DNA of 56,468 bases from Microbacteriaceae bacterium (lineage in GTDB: Bacteria; Actinomycetota; Actinomycetes; Actinomycetales; Microbacteriaceae), in the NCBI GenBank assembly GCA_035565115.1, contig DATMTC010000087.1, positions 1 to 56,468 on the forward strand, given 5' to 3'. Shown here piece after piece: positions 11,561 through 21,830 of this stretch. The number at the start of each line of letters is the position of its first letter. Position 1 is the stretch's first letter. Under the pieces are notes generated by a model. The model ran no database searches, was not told where the DNA came from, and was given only the letters and a program-made list of their open reading frames with translations. The position numbers were made by a program, and so were the translations under genes.

Positions 11561-12274
11561 TCAGTACCAGCCGGAGGACTCGGAGTGCGCCCACGCGCCA
11601 CACGGCGACCCGTAGCGACCGTTCACGTAACCGAGGCCCCAGTTCACCTGTGTGACGAAGTTCGTCTGCCAGTCGGGGCCGGCACTGGCCATCTTGCTGC
11701 CAGGCAGCGCCTGCGGAATGCCATACGCACCGCTCGACGCGTTGTACGAATACACGTTCCAACCAGACTCGCGGTTCCACAGCGCAACGAGGCAGTTGAA
11801 CTGATCCTGCCCCATCCCCTGCGCCTGCAGGGCGCTCAGCGCGTATGCCTGGGCACTGCCAGGATCCGGGGTTCCAACTGCGGGGGCTCCCCCGCCACCA
11901 TCCGAGGAGTCGCTGTCATCCGTGGTCGTCGCCACGGGTGGAGGAGGGGGCGGCGGCTTCGGCTTCTCTTTGACCGTGTATGCCTCACGCGACACCGTGT
12001 TGCTGTATCCGCTCGCCACGGCGAGTTCTTGAATGGGCTGCCCGTTGAACCGGTCGGCGTTGCCGACCTTGAAGTCCGGCGACGCTGTCGCGCCGGAGTA
12101 CGGGTCGACGATGTTCACGAGGAAGAAGCCGATGGCTGCCAAGAACGCCACGCCGACGAAGAACGGCCGTGACTTGGAGTGGGGTCTCCGATTCGTTGCC
12201 CGCGCCTGCTCCGGCTTTGTAACGGCCTGCTCCGGCTTTGTAACGGGTGTCACGTCTCTCTGATGTCTACCCAC
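11561..12274 (-). CDS. Lytic transglycosylase (SLT)-domain protein, membrane anchored
   Basis: CLVALWNRESGW, SSGAYGIPQALP, TQVNWGLGYVNGRYGSPCGAW; TM helix and proline-rich linker. Start is uncertain (12274-12313). Confidence 0.88.
   Translation of the reverse strand: MGRHQRDVTPVTKPEQAVTKPEQARATNRRPHSKSRPFFVGVAFLAAIGFFLVNIVDPYSGATASPDFKVGNADRFNGQPIQELAVASGYSNTVSREAYTVKEKPKPPPPPPPVATTTDDSDSSDGGGGAPAVGTPDPGSAQAYALSALQAQGMGQDQFNCLVALWNRESGWNVYSYNASSGAYGIPQALPGSKMASAGPDWQTNFVTQVNWGLGYVNGRYGSPCGAWAHSESSGWY
12204..12245. repeat. Perfect 21-bp tandem duplication (VTKPEQA x2)
   Basis: gcctgctccggctttgtaacg x2. Confidence 0.9.
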
Positions 12275-12330
12275 GATCACAAAACCATAACGAACAATGG
12301 GGGTCGAAAGCAAAAACCGGGCATCGACAC

Positions 12331-12879
12331 TCAGCGAACCGCCAGCATCACGTCGGTCACACTGTCCAGGAGCAGATCGACCTGAACCTCGCGATAGCCG
12401 TGTCGTTGTGGCCGGAACACCACGGTGCGCACCTCTTCGACACTCACCGGTTTGCCGTCTTGAAAGTAGCGCATCAGACGCGTGGAGAACCGATCGACGT
12501 CTGAGCGGTTATAGCCCTGGGAAAGCACGCCTGCCCGCTGAAACTTCTCGCCGGCGGGGCGTCCCAGCCGATTGATGATCACCTGGGCGGTCGTCCTGGC
12601 TTCTTGCAGCCACTGCTGTTCTCCCGCCGCAGCCTTGGCATCTTCACGTTCACGCGCCGCAAACGCGTCTTCAAGCCGTTCCAAGGCCGCATCGACGTGC
12701 CCCGTCGAGTACCCGCCGCGTTGCATCGCGAACGCGGTGCGGCGGATGTCTGCTGAGCTCAGCGAATGTCCGGCGTCTTGCGACCCGTTGTATGCGTCTC
12801 GCGCCTTCGCGAGAAACGCGTCGACCTGTCTCACGTCATAGCCGAGCCTGGACTTACGGGTTGTCGGGAAAGTGCTCAC
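12331..12879 (-). CDS. Tandem DivIVA-domain protein
   Basis: Repeated GY...VD motifs (GYDVRQVD, GYSTGHVD, GYNRSDVD, GYREVQVD). GTG start preceded by a CACAAT -10 element. Confidence 0.85.
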   Translation of the reverse strand: MSTFPTTRKSRLGYDVRQVDAFLAKARDAYNGSQDAGHSLSSADIRRTAFAMQRGGYSTGHVDAALERLEDAFAAREREDAKAAAGEQQWLQEARTTAQVIINRLGRPAGEKFQRAGVLSQGYNRSDVDRFSTRLMRYFQDGKPVSVEEVRTVVFRPQRHGYREVQVDLLLDSVTDVMLAVR

Positions 12880-12896
12880 CGCCCCATTGTGCCAAA

Positions 12897-13892
12897 TCAC
12901 TTCGCGAATATCAGGAACAACGCGAACGCGGCAACTGCCGAAGGCAGGATGGAATCAAGCCGATCGAGGAATCCGCCGTGGCCAGGCAACCATGAGCTCA
13001 TGTCCTTGACGCCGATGTCGCGCTTGATCAGCGATTCGGTGAGATCACCCAGCGTCGCCGTCAGCAGCATGACGGCGCCGAAGATGAGGCCGAACCACCA
13101 CGGCTGTTGCAGCATGAACACGCTGAGAATGACGCCGGCAACCAGCCCGGCAAGCGCCGCACCGGCAAAGCCCTCCCAGGTCTTCTTCGGGCTGATGGTC
13201 GGCGCCATCGGGTGTTTGCCGAACAACAGCCCACTGGCATATGCGCCCGTGTCTGTCGCAACGACGAGAATGATGAACGCAAGCGTCCACCACTGTCCCC
13301 CGGGCTTTTCAAGCAGCAGGATCGCGAAGCTGGCGAGAAAGACGACGTAGACCTGGATCATCGTGATCGCGCCGAGGTCCCGCCGCAGCCCGCGTGTGGC
13401 CGGCCTGCGTCCGGGAATAGCCGCGAGAATCAGCCGCCATATCCAGCACAACAGGATGCCTGAAGCAATCGAGATCAACTGGCCGTTCTCCTGCCAGAAA
13501 TACACGGCAGGCACGATGGCAACGGCAGAGACGATCGTGGGTATGCGCGGAATGTCGTAGCCGGCCGTACGCAGCGCTTGCGTGAGCTCGAACGCGGCGA
13601 ATGCGGCGCTGGCGGCAGCAACCACCATGAAAATCTCTTTGATGAATACCAGGCTCACCAGCAACACGGCGCCGAACGCAAGACCGATCAGAATTGCGAG
13701 AATCAGGTTGCGTCCGGTTCGCGCCTGAATACGCTCTGTCGTCGCATCCAGCTGGGCGCGACGAGCCTGCATCTGGCGTTCGATATCGGCCCGTGTCGAC
13801 TTCATCTGCTCACGGAACTCCGCGCGAGAACCCGGTCCGTGCCGCGAACGTCCTGGGGGCCCTGTCACAGGCTCTGGCGGCTCCTCGGACAT
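12897..13892 (-). CDS. cdsA: Phosphatidate cytidylyltransferase
   Basis: DTGAY, ISPKKTWEG, GDLTESLIKR..GVKD, LPGHGGFLDRLDS. Confidence 0.96.
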   Translation of the reverse strand: MSEEPPEPVTGPPGRSRHGPGSRAEFREQMKSTRADIERQMQARRAQLDATTERIQARTGRNLILAILIGLAFGAVLLVSLVFIKEIFMVVAAASAAFAAFELTQALRTAGYDIPRIPTIVSAVAIVPAVYFWQENGQLISIASGILLCWIWRLILAAIPGRRPATRGLRRDLGAITMIQVYVVFLASFAILLLEKPGGQWWTLAFIILVVATDTGAYASGLLFGKHPMAPTISPKKTWEGFAGAALAGLVAGVILSVFMLQQPWWFGLIFGAVMLLTATLGDLTESLIKRDIGVKDMSSWLPGHGGFLDRLDSILPSAVAAFALFLIFAK

Positions 13893-13898
13893 GATCGC

Positions 13899-14453
13899 CT
13901 ATACCTCGAGCAGTTCGGCTTCCTTGCGCACCAGTGCCTCATCGACGGCATCCACATGGCGCTTGGTGACCTGTTCGAGCTCCTTCTCTGCTCTGGCGAC
14001 CTCGTCGTCCCCGACCTCGGACTTGAGCCCGTCGAGCTCGTCCTTGGCCTTGCGACGGATGTTGCGAATCGAGACACGGGAGTCTTCCGCCTTGCCGCGG
14101 ACGATTTTGACGTATTCCTTGCGACGATCCTCGGTCAACTCGGGCATCGTGACGCGGATGATGGTGCCATCGTTGTTCGGTGACGCCCCCAGGTTCGGGG
14201 TTGCGACGATGGCCTTCTCGATCTCTTTCAGAGCGGTCTTGTCGTACGGCGTGATGACAAGGGTGCGCGCTTCAGGGTTCTGCAGTGAAGCCAACTGAGC
14301 GAGCGGAGTCGGCGACCCGTAGTAGTCGACCAGGATCTTCTGGAACAGCTGCGGATTTGCCCGCCCAGTGCGGACCGTGGCGAAATCTTCCTTTGCGGCC
14401 TCAACGGTCTTCGTCATGCGTTCGGCGGCGGCCGACAGTACATCCGCGATCAC
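13899..14453 (-). CDS. frr: Ribosome recycling factor
   Basis: [22 protein letters not shown]; conserved synteny. Confidence 0.98.
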   Translation of the reverse strand: MIADVLSAAAERMTKTVEAAKEDFATVRTGRANPQLFQKILVDYYGSPTPLAQLASLQNPEARTLVITPYDKTALKEIEKAIVATPNLGASPNNDGTIIRVTMPELTEDRRKEYVKIVRGKAEDSRVSIRNIRRKAKDELDGLKSEVGDDEVARAEKELEQVTKRHVDAVDEALVRKEAELLEV

Positions 14454-14483
14454 GGTTACTCCTTCGAATCGATTGGATCCAGC

Positions 14484-15200
14484 TTAGTTTGACACCAGCG
14501 TGCCGAGCGCTTTGCCGAGTATGGCAGCGGTGACGTTGCCGCTTGGTTCCATTCCGAACACCTGCATCGGCATCCCGTTGTCCATGCACAGGCTGAATGC
14601 CGTCGAGTCGACGACCTTGAGTCCCTTGTGCAACGCGTCCTGATACGTGATGCGCTCGATCTTGACCGCGTCCGGATTGGTTCGCGGATCGTCGGTGTAT
14701 ACGCCGTCAACGCCATTCTTCGCCACGAGCACGACATCCGCATCGATCTCGAGCGCCCGCTGCGCCGCCACCGTGTCCGTCGAGAAGTACGGCAGGCCGG
14801 CCCCTGCGCCGAAAATGACGACCCTTCCTTTCTCAAGATGCCGCTCTGCACGTCGTGGAATGTACGGTTCTGCAACCTGCGTCATCGAGATCGCCGACTG
14901 CACTCGCGTTGCCGCGCCGGCCTGCTCCAGGAAATCCTGAAGGGCCAACGCGTTCATCACGGTTCCGAGCATGCCCATGTAGTCGGCGCGACCACGATCC
15001 ATTCCACGCTGACTGAGCTCGGCGCCCCTGAAGAAATTGCCGCCGCCAACCACGATCGCCACCTCAACGTCTTCGGCTGCACGGGCGATCTCTCTGGCAA
15101 GCGCACCGACGACATCAGGGTTGACTCCCAGGGAGCCACCGCCGAACGCCTCTCCAGAGAGCTTCAGAAGTACTCGTCGTCGTTTCGGTAGTTCGGTCAT
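14484..15200 (-). CDS. pyrH: UMP kinase
   Basis: [33 protein letters not shown]. Confidence 0.98.
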   Translation of the reverse strand: MTELPKRRRVLLKLSGEAFGGGSLGVNPDVVGALAREIARAAEDVEVAIVVGGGNFFRGAELSQRGMDRGRADYMGMLGTVMNALALQDFLEQAGAATRVQSAISMTQVAEPYIPRRAERHLEKGRVVIFGAGAGLPYFSTDTVAAQRALEIDADVVLVAKNGVDGVYTDDPRTNPDAVKIERITYQDALHKGLKVVDSTAFSLCMDNGMPMQVFGMEPSGNVTAAILGKALGTLVSN

Positions 15201-15237
15201 GGCTTCCTTCCCTGCGGGTCTGCTTAAAACTACACAG

Positions 15238-15269
15238 AAAAAGGGCCAGGATCTGCTCGATCCTGGCCC
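15238..15269 (-). terminator. Intrinsic terminator after rpsB-tsf
   Basis: 11-bp stem gggccaggatc/gatcctggccc followed by TTTTT on the minus strand. Confidence 0.85.
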
Positions 15270-15282
15270 CTCTCACTGACTG

Positions 15283-16110
15283 CTACGCGCCGACCTTGAA
15301 TCGCGCGAAGCCTGTGACGGTCAAGCCTGCGTCGGCAATGACCTTGCCGACGTTCAGCTTGTTGTCTTTGGCATAGTCCTGCTCGAGCAGTGCGACCTGC
15401 TTGAAGTAGGCACCGAGTCGACCCTCGATGATCTTCGGAAGGGCTGCCTCGGGCTTGCCCTCGTTGCGCGAGATCTCCTCGACGATCCTGCGCTCGTTCT
15501 CGACCGACTCGGCCGGAACGTCTTCGCGTGCAAGGTGCTCGGGGTTCGCGAACGAGATGTGCTGCGCAATGCTGCGAGCTGTCTCAGCGTCGTCACCCGT
15601 GTAACCGACGACAACGCCGACCTGTGGTGGCAGGTCTTTCGAGGTCTTGTGCAGATAGATTGCGAAGTGCTCGCCTGAGACCACCGCGACGCGGCGCAGC
15701 TCGATCTTCTCGCCGAGGATCGCCGCCTCGCCGTCGATGAGGTCGGCAACGGTCTGCGTGCCCGCAGCTGCCGCACGACCGGCTTCAACGGTCGTCGCGC
15801 CTGCTGCTGCGACGGCGTCGAGCACCTTGTCGGCCAGTGCGATGAACTTGTCGCCCTTTGCGACGAAGTCCGTCTCGCACGCCAACTCGATCATCGTTGC
15901 CGTCGAACCGTTCTCTTTGGCCGCAACCAGGCCCTCACTCGTGGAACGATCGGCCCGCTTCGCGTTGCCTTTCGCACCCTTCAGCCTGAGGATCTCTGTG
16001 GCCTTCTCGAGGTCACCATCTGCCTCGACCAGCGCGTTCTTGGTGTCGACCATCCCGGTGCCGAGCTGCTCACGCAGCGTCTTGACGTCCGCGACGCTGA
16101 AATTTGCCAT
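15283..16110 (-). CDS. tsf: Elongation factor Ts
   Basis: VKTLREQLGTGMVDTKNAL, ELACETDFVAK, RFKVG. Confidence 0.98.
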   Translation of the reverse strand: MANFSVADVKTLREQLGTGMVDTKNALVEADGDLEKATEILRLKGAKGNAKRADRSTSEGLVAAKENGSTATMIELACETDFVAKGDKFIALADKVLDAVAAAGATTVEAGRAAAAGTQTVADLIDGEAAILGEKIELRRVAVVSGEHFAIYLHKTSKDLPPQVGVVVGYTGDDAETARSIAQHISFANPEHLAREDVPAESVENERRIVEEISRNEGKPEAALPKIIEGRLGAYFKQVALLEQDYAKDNKLNVGKVIADAGLTVTGFARFKVGA

Positions 16111-16157
16111 GACTGAAAACTCCTTGATCGGCTTTCCGTGCCCTTGTGAGGCCCGGC

Positions 16158-17168
16158 TTATTTGGATTCGGGGACCGTCTCGGTCGCTGCCTCTTCCGCT
16201 GCCTCGGCAGCGACGGCTTCGTCGGCAGCAGCCACCTCTGGCGCTGACTCATCAGCCGCTGCGCCCGCTGCGTCGTCAGCCGACTCTGTGGCCGCCTGGC
16301 CTTCTTCGACCTGCTCGGTCGCGATGACCGTGTCCGCTTCGCTCGCGGCCTCGTCGAGACCTGCGACCTTCTCGGTCTCGGCGCTCGACTGTGCCGGCGT
16401 ATCAGACTCTGACGCCTGCAGAAGCTCGCGCTCCCACTCGGCAAGCGGCTCGGCGGGCTCTGCGCCCTCCTCAGGCTTCTGGTGACGCTGGATAAGGCCC
16501 TCTGCCGCAGCATCCGCCACGATGCGGGTGAGCAGGCTCACCGAACGGATCGCGTCGTCGTTACCCGGGATCGGGTACTGAACCTCGTCTGGGTCGCAGT
16601 TGGTGTCGAGGATTCCGATGACCGGGATGCCCAGCTTCTTCGCCTCGTCGATCGCAAGGTGCTCTTTCTTGGTGTCGACTACCCAGAGCGCGCTCGGAGT
16701 CTTGGTCAGGTTGCGGATGCCGCCAAGCGATTTGTGCAGCTTGTCGAGCTCGCGCTTCTTGATCAGAAGCTCTTTCTTGGTGAATCCGCTCGTCGTTCCC
16801 TCGAAGTCGAGCTCCTCGAGCTCCTTCATGCGTGCAAGCCGCTTGGACACCGTCTGGAAGTTGGTCAGCAGACCACCGAGCCAGCGCTGGTTGACGTATG
16901 GCTGGCCGACACGCGTTGCCTGTTCCGAGATCGCGTTCTGAGCCTGCTTCTTGGTGCCGACGAACAGAATCGTCCCGCCGTGGGCGACTGTCTCTTTGAC
17001 GAAGTCGTACGTCTTATCGATGTATGTCAGCGACTGCTGCAGATCGATGATGTAGCTGCCGCTTCGCTCGGTCAGGATGAAGCGCTTCATCTTGGGGTTC
17101 CAGCGGCGGGTCTGGTGTCCAAAGTGCACGCCGCTGTCGAGCAGCTGGCGCATGGTTACGACGGCCAT
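16158..17168 (-). CDS. rpsB: 30S ribosomal protein S2, with an acidic C-terminal tail
   Basis: [41 protein letters not shown]. Confidence 0.99.
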   Translation of the reverse strand: MAVVTMRQLLDSGVHFGHQTRRWNPKMKRFILTERSGSYIIDLQQSLTYIDKTYDFVKETVAHGGTILFVGTKKQAQNAISEQATRVGQPYVNQRWLGGLLTNFQTVSKRLARMKELEELDFEGTTSGFTKKELLIKKRELDKLHKSLGGIRNLTKTPSALWVVDTKKEHLAIDEAKKLGIPVIGILDTNCDPDEVQYPIPGNDDAIRSVSLLTRIVADAAAEGLIQRHQKPEEGAEPAEPLAEWERELLQASESDTPAQSSAETEKVAGLDEAASEADTVIATEQVEEGQAATESADDAAGAAADESAPEVAAADEAVAAEAAEEAATETVPESK

Positions 17169-17370
17169 TTGCCGTTCTCCTTGTCTCGGCGCGACGCAGC
17201 ATTCTGCGCAGCACCGTTCGGTTCTTCATGTGGATCGGTCGATCCAGCATCCTGGTGCCCAGGCACGCATCCACCTCGAATTGGATTCGAGGACCGTTGG
17301 ATGCGTCGCCGACCTGCGCTTCTCAGCGCGTACGGGCACGCGTAGTCACCCCGAGGTGCGGGGTGCATGA
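17169..17370 (-). promoter_or_regulatory. rpsB 5' leader, probable S2 autoregulatory structure
   Basis: About 200 nt of UTR after a TATGAT -10 (17374-17379), containing stems such as gacgcatcc/ggatgcgt and cctcgaat/attcgagg. S2 leaders are established upstream of rpsB. Confidence 0.6.
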
Positions 17371-17393
17371 AGAATCATACCATCGCGGCCGGG

Positions 17394-18866
17394 TTAGCCC
17401 GCGACGGCCTTCTCTCTGCGCACGTGCGTGAGCTTGCTCTTGTCTTCGAGCTCCAGGCCCTTAACCTCTGGCAGAAGGGCGAACACGAACCAGAACGACA
17501 GGATGGCGAAGAACGCAAAGCCTGCGTACACAAAACCGAGCCCGACCGCTTGGCTCATGACAGGGAACAGCAGTGTGACGAGGAAGTTGAAGATCCAGTT
17601 GAACGCGGCAGCGATGCCGAGGCCGAGTCCACGGATCCTGTTCGGGAAGATCTCGCCGAGCACAACCCACATGACGGGTCCCCAGGTGGCAGCGAAGAAG
17701 ACGACGAACAGGTTCGCGCCGATCAGCGCAATGACACCCCACGGCTGCGGAAGTGTGATGTTCGCTCCGGATCCGTGCGCTTGCGAGAACGAGATCGCCG
17801 CGAGCACAAGTCCGACGAACATGCCGCCTGAGCCCCAGAGCAGCAGAGCTTTTCGGCCGACCCTGTCGACGAAGAAGATCGCGACGAATGTGAGCACAAC
17901 GTTGATCACCGAGGTGATCACCGAGGTGACGAACGAGTCGGATGCACTGAAGCCGACCGACTTCCACAGCGTGGTCGAGTAGTAGAAGATGGCGTTGATG
18001 CCCACCAGCTGCTGGAACGCCGCCATGCCGATGCCGATCCAGAGGATGGGTTGCAGGCCGAGTGCCTTTCCTCGCAGATCCCGGTAACTCGACTTCTTCT
18101 CGATCTCGAGGCTTTCCTTGATCTCATCCAGGCGCTGCTGCGGATTCGCTGCACCTGTGACGTTCTTCACAACGCGCAACGCGTCGTCCAATCGTCCTTT
18201 ACGCACGAGGTACTGCGGCGACTCTGGGATCGTCAACGACAGGATGCCGTACACGACGGCCGGGATCACGCCGACCAGGAGCATCCATCGCCACGCCTCG
18301 ACGCCGAACCACAACTCGCGGCCGGCGTCGCCCTTCGAGCCGGCGAGCGCAGCATCCGACAGCAGGGCGAGAAAGATGCCGAGCGTGATCGCCAGTTGCT
18401 GCAGCGAACTGAGTCCGCCGCGGAGTCTGGCCGGCGCGACTTCGCCGATGTATGCGGGCGCGATCACGGATGCGATGCCGATCGCCAGACCGCCGATGAA
18501 CCGCCAGGACATCAACTCCCAGTCGGCGAACGCGAGACCGGAGCCGATCGAACTCGCCACGAACAGCACTGCGGCGATCAGCATGACGATTTTGCGGCCC
18601 CACGCGTCGGCGAGTTGTCCGGCGAACCACGCCCCGATTGCACAGCCAATCAGTGTGATGGCTACGGTGAATCCGATGGCGGCGGAGCCGAGATCGAACG
18701 TCTTTTGAATCGAGTCGACAGCGCCGTTGATCACAGACGTGTCGAATCCGAACAGCAGCCCGCCGAGGGCTGCAGCGATCGTGATTCCGAGTACCTTGCC
18801 TTTGTTCGGTTCGTGTTCCCGACTCGCAGTTCCCGATTCCTGCCCGTGAGATCGTTCGTCTGACAC
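17394..18866 (-). CDS. Sugar porter family MFS transporter
   Basis: GGLLFGFDTSVING, DAWGRK, PAYIGEVAPARLRG, PESP, QQLVGINAIFYY, GEIFPNRIRG. Confidence 0.95.
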   Translation of the reverse strand: MSDERSHGQESGTASREHEPNKGKVLGITIAAALGGLLFGFDTSVINGAVDSIQKTFDLGSAAIGFTVAITLIGCAIGAWFAGQLADAWGRKIVMLIAAVLFVASSIGSGLAFADWELMSWRFIGGLAIGIASVIAPAYIGEVAPARLRGGLSSLQQLAITLGIFLALLSDAALAGSKGDAGRELWFGVEAWRWMLLVGVIPAVVYGILSLTIPESPQYLVRKGRLDDALRVVKNVTGAANPQQRLDEIKESLEIEKKSSYRDLRGKALGLQPILWIGIGMAAFQQLVGINAIFYYSTTLWKSVGFSASDSFVTSVITSVINVVLTFVAIFFVDRVGRKALLLWGSGGMFVGLVLAAISFSQAHGSGANITLPQPWGVIALIGANLFVVFFAATWGPVMWVVLGEIFPNRIRGLGLGIAAAFNWIFNFLVTLLFPVMSQAVGLGFVYAGFAFFAILSFWFVFALLPEVKGLELEDKSKLTHVRREKAVAG

Positions 18867-19039
18867 GACGCACCCCCTTCGCTCGTGTTCGTCACGCTAC
18901 ACCGCCTGCACCGCCGCTGCCAGGATTGTGCGCGTGAGGTTCGGGGCGCCTGCCCTGCACAGCACGGGCGATCTGGCGAACTCCACGAATGCGCATTGGC
19001 ACCCCGGCCGCGGCCCATCTCCGCGTGCAGACTGGACGG

Positions 19040-19585
19040 ATGAATCGGTCCGGTCATTCGGTCGCCAAGGTGGTTGTGCTCACCGGCGTGCTCATCGCGA
19101 CGCTGGGGACCTCGAACACGGCACCGGCCCATGCGTCGCTGCGGTTGGTCGAAGGCTCGGCCCAGGAGTCAACATGGTCGCACTGGGTGTGGCCTGTTCC
19201 GCCCCCGCACAGCATCACCCGCGGGTTCCAGGCGCCGGCCACCCGGTATTCGGCAGGGCATCGCGGCATTGACATCGCTGCCGTCGCAGGAGAGCCGCTA
19301 TCAGCACCAGCCGATGCTGTCGTGCACTTCAGCGGGCGAGTCGTCGACCGGCCGGTGCTCACCCTTGAAACGGACGATGGACTGCTGATCAGCTTCGAGC
19401 CCGTCGAATCGTCGGTTCCAGCTGGCACGCGGGTGGGGAAAGGGGACGTGATCGCGACGAGCGCTCGTGGCGGCCACTGCGATGCGGCGTGCGTTCATCT
19501 GGGTGTCAGGCGCGATGGGGAGTACCTGAATCCGCTCCTGTTCCTTGGCGGCCTGGTACGCGCTGTATTGCTGCCGCTGAGTTGA
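19040..19585 (+). CDS. M23 family peptidase-like protein
   Basis: WPV, GHRGIDI, V..G..V.KGDVI, CVHLGVR...YLNP. Leaderless CAGACT -10. Usual neighbour of xerC/rpsB. Confidence 0.85.
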   Translation: MNRSGHSVAKVVVLTGVLIATLGTSNTAPAHASLRLVEGSAQESTWSHWVWPVPPPHSITRGFQAPATRYSAGHRGIDIAAVAGEPLSAPADAVVHFSGRVVDRPVLTLETDDGLLISFEPVESSVPAGTRVGKGDVIATSARGGHCDAACVHLGVRRDGEYLNPLLFLGGLVRAVLLPLS

Positions 19586-19602
19586 GCTGAGCCGATTACG
19601 TC

Positions 19603-20520
19603 TCAGGCGCGCGGATGCGCCAGCCGGTAGCTCTCCGCAAGGCGTTCTGTCGACACGTGCGTGTAGATCTGCGTTGTGCCGAGGCTCGCGTGTCCGAGCA
19701 GCTCTTGCACGGCTCGCAGATCGGCGCCGCCGTCCAGCAGATGCGTGGCCGCGGTGTGCCTGAGTGCGTGCGGACCGGCTGGTCCCGATCCAGGAAGATC
19801 GACAAGCAATCCTGCGACGAGTTGATAGACGGCCCGCGTGCCGAGCCTGCCGCCTCGGGCGCCGATGAACAGCGCAGGTGACGCCCCGTGCAATAGGGCC
19901 AAGCGCGGCCCGTGCAGGTAGTCGACGATCGCGGACTGTGCCGGAACACCGAACGGCACCACACGCTCCTTCGAGCCCTTTCCCATCACCCGAACGGTCA
20001 GCCGGTCCAGATCGACGTCGTCGACGTCCAGCCCGGTGAGTTCCGAGACGCGCAGAGCGGACGCATACAACAGCTCGATAACGGCAAGATCGCGCACGGC
20101 AACCGCATCCCCCTCGCCTGCGCGCTGCGCGAGTCGCTCCAGCAAGCCGTCCATCTGTGCACGGTTGATCACGCGCGGCAGTGTTCGGTCGGCGCGCGGA
20201 GAACGCAGACGCACGGCGACATCTCGCGAGACCCGATTCGTGCGTGCGAGCCACGCGGTGAAGCTGCGAATTGCGGCCGCGCGGCGCGCAAGTGTGGACT
20301 TGGCCATGCCCGCCTGCGAACTGCGCCACAACCACTCGCGCAACACGTCGAGCGTCAACGCATCGAGCGTCAACTCGTGACCGGCATGAACTCCGGTGGA
20401 AGCGCAATGGTCGCGGAGCGCGTGCAGGTCGGCCGTGTATGCCCTCACGGTGTGAGCCGAGAAGCCGCGTTCCGCGCTCAGGTACGCACCGAACTCGTCA
20501 ATTGCTGCATTCAGCTCCAC
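19603..20520 (-). CDS. xerC: Tyrosine recombinase XerC
   Basis: LLYASALRVSEL, GKGSKER, HALRHTAATHLL, LLGHASLGTTQIYTH; downstream of dprA. Confidence 0.93.
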   Translation of the reverse strand: MELNAAIDEFGAYLSAERGFSAHTVRAYTADLHALRDHCASTGVHAGHELTLDALTLDVLREWLWRSSQAGMAKSTLARRAAAIRSFTAWLARTNRVSRDVAVRLRSPRADRTLPRVINRAQMDGLLERLAQRAGEGDAVAVRDLAVIELLYASALRVSELTGLDVDDVDLDRLTVRVMGKGSKERVVPFGVPAQSAIVDYLHGPRLALLHGASPALFIGARGGRLGTRAVYQLVAGLLVDLPGSGPAGPHALRHTAATHLLDGGADLRAVQELLGHASLGTTQIYTHVSTERLAESYRLAHPRA

Positions 20521-20546
20521 CGCTCAAGTTTCGCACTCCATCGGGT

Positions 20547-21830
20547 TCACCCCCTGACCCAGCCACCGGCGCGTTCAGACACGACACCGTCCAGTTCAAG
20601 CACACCGAGCTCTGCCCGCACTGCAGCGATCGACATGCCAGCGCGTGCTGCAATGTTTTCGAGCGGGCGAGCCGAGCGAGCACTGAGCGCGTCGACGACC
20701 CTGGTCTGCTCCCGAGTGCGGTCACTGTGAAGTGACGATTGAGGTAACGGGTCACCGTGCTCCGTCGTGAACCCGCCGGCAAGTTCGACGATCTCGTCTG
20801 TGTTGGTCACGCAGACCGCAGCGTAGTCGCGAATCAGCCGATGGCATCCGGCCGATGCAGGCGAGGTCACGGGGCCAGGCACAGCGCCAAGCGGACGGCC
20901 GAGTGCCGAAGCGTGACCTGCCGTGTTCAACGACCCAGAACGGTGACCGGCCTCGACCACCACCGTGGCGCAACTCATCGCAGCGATGATCCTGTTTCGT
21001 TGCAGGAATCTCCATTTCGTTGGGGCACCGCCGCACGGAACCTCAGAGACGACCGCCCCGCTTTCCACAATTCGCTGCAGCAGCGTGTCGTGGCCTGCCG
21101 GATAGAAGCGATCGACCCCGCCAGCCAGAACCGCAACCGTCAAGCCCTCGTTGGCAAGCGCAGCCTTGTGCGCCATGCCGTCGATTCCGTACGCTGCGCC
21201 AGACACGATGGTGTAACCGCGACCGACAAGCCCGGCCGAGGCCTCCATGGTCACCTGCTCGCCGTATGTCGTGGCGGCGCGAGCTCCCACCAACGCCACG
21301 GAGCGGGTGGCGCTCGCACACACGTCAGCGGAACCGCGTCGCCAGAGCACGATCGGCGCGTGCCTGCCCAGATCCTCAAGTTGGCCCGGCCAGCCGAAAT
21401 CCCCGGGCGTCACGAGCGTCACGCCGACACGAGCGGCAAGCTCCAGGGAGCGCACGATGTCCTGCGACTTCAATCGGGGCCGCCAGCGCTTCAGCCCTTC
21501 TGTCAGCTCCGTCGCCAGCCCGTCAAGCTCCTCATCGTCTGCGCCTGCATCGCGCACGGCCTCGGTCATGCGCCGCACCGGCCACTCCTCGATGAGCGCA
21601 GTCAACGCGATGGCAGGACCGAGCGCCGTGACGATGGCGCCTGCCGTGCCGTCGCCTGGCTCAACCAGCCCAGACCATGCCGCAAGCGCGAAACGGCGCT
21701 CGGCATCGGAACCGGCAGCGGCCTGCTCAGCCTGCTCAGCGTGCTCAGACTGCTCAGCGTGCACCGCATCGCCTGACACGGTCGCGATCAGCCGGCCGAT
21801 GACATCCGAATCGAGTCCGAACGTTGTCAC
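20547..21830 (-). CDS. dprA: DNA-processing protein DprA
   Basis: VALVGARAATTYG, IVSGAAYGIDGMAH, FLQRNRIIAA, VEAGHRSGSLNTA, C-terminal winged helix. Confidence 0.96.
   Translation of the reverse strand: MTTFGLDSDVIGRLIATVSGDAVHAEQSEHAEQAEQAAAGSDAERRFALAAWSGLVEPGDGTAGAIVTALGPAIALTALIEEWPVRRMTEAVRDAGADDEELDGLATELTEGLKRWRPRLKSQDIVRSLELAARVGVTLVTPGDFGWPGQLEDLGRHAPIVLWRRGSADVCASATRSVALVGARAATTYGEQVTMEASAGLVGRGYTIVSGAAYGIDGMAHKAALANEGLTVAVLAGGVDRFYPAGHDTLLQRIVESGAVVSEVPCGGAPTKWRFLQRNRIIAAMSCATVVVEAGHRSGSLNTAGHASALGRPLGAVPGPVTSPASAGCHRLIRDYAAVCVTNTDEIVELAGGFTTEHGDPLPQSSLHSDRTREQTRVVDALSARSARPLENIAARAGMSIAAVRAELGVLELDGVVSERAGGWVRG

Noticed and set aside
16158-16480. Acidic low-complexity tail of S2 as a novel fusion
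   Set aside because: Such A/E-rich tails are common in actinobacterial S2.
17903-17929. 12-bp tandem repeat in the sugar porter
   Set aside because: It encodes TSVITSVI in a TM helix typical of the family; there is no evidence of a separate element.
19603-20520. Phage or island integrase
   Set aside because: Its size, motifs and position after dprA are those of chromosomal XerC, and there are no att sites or mobile genes.
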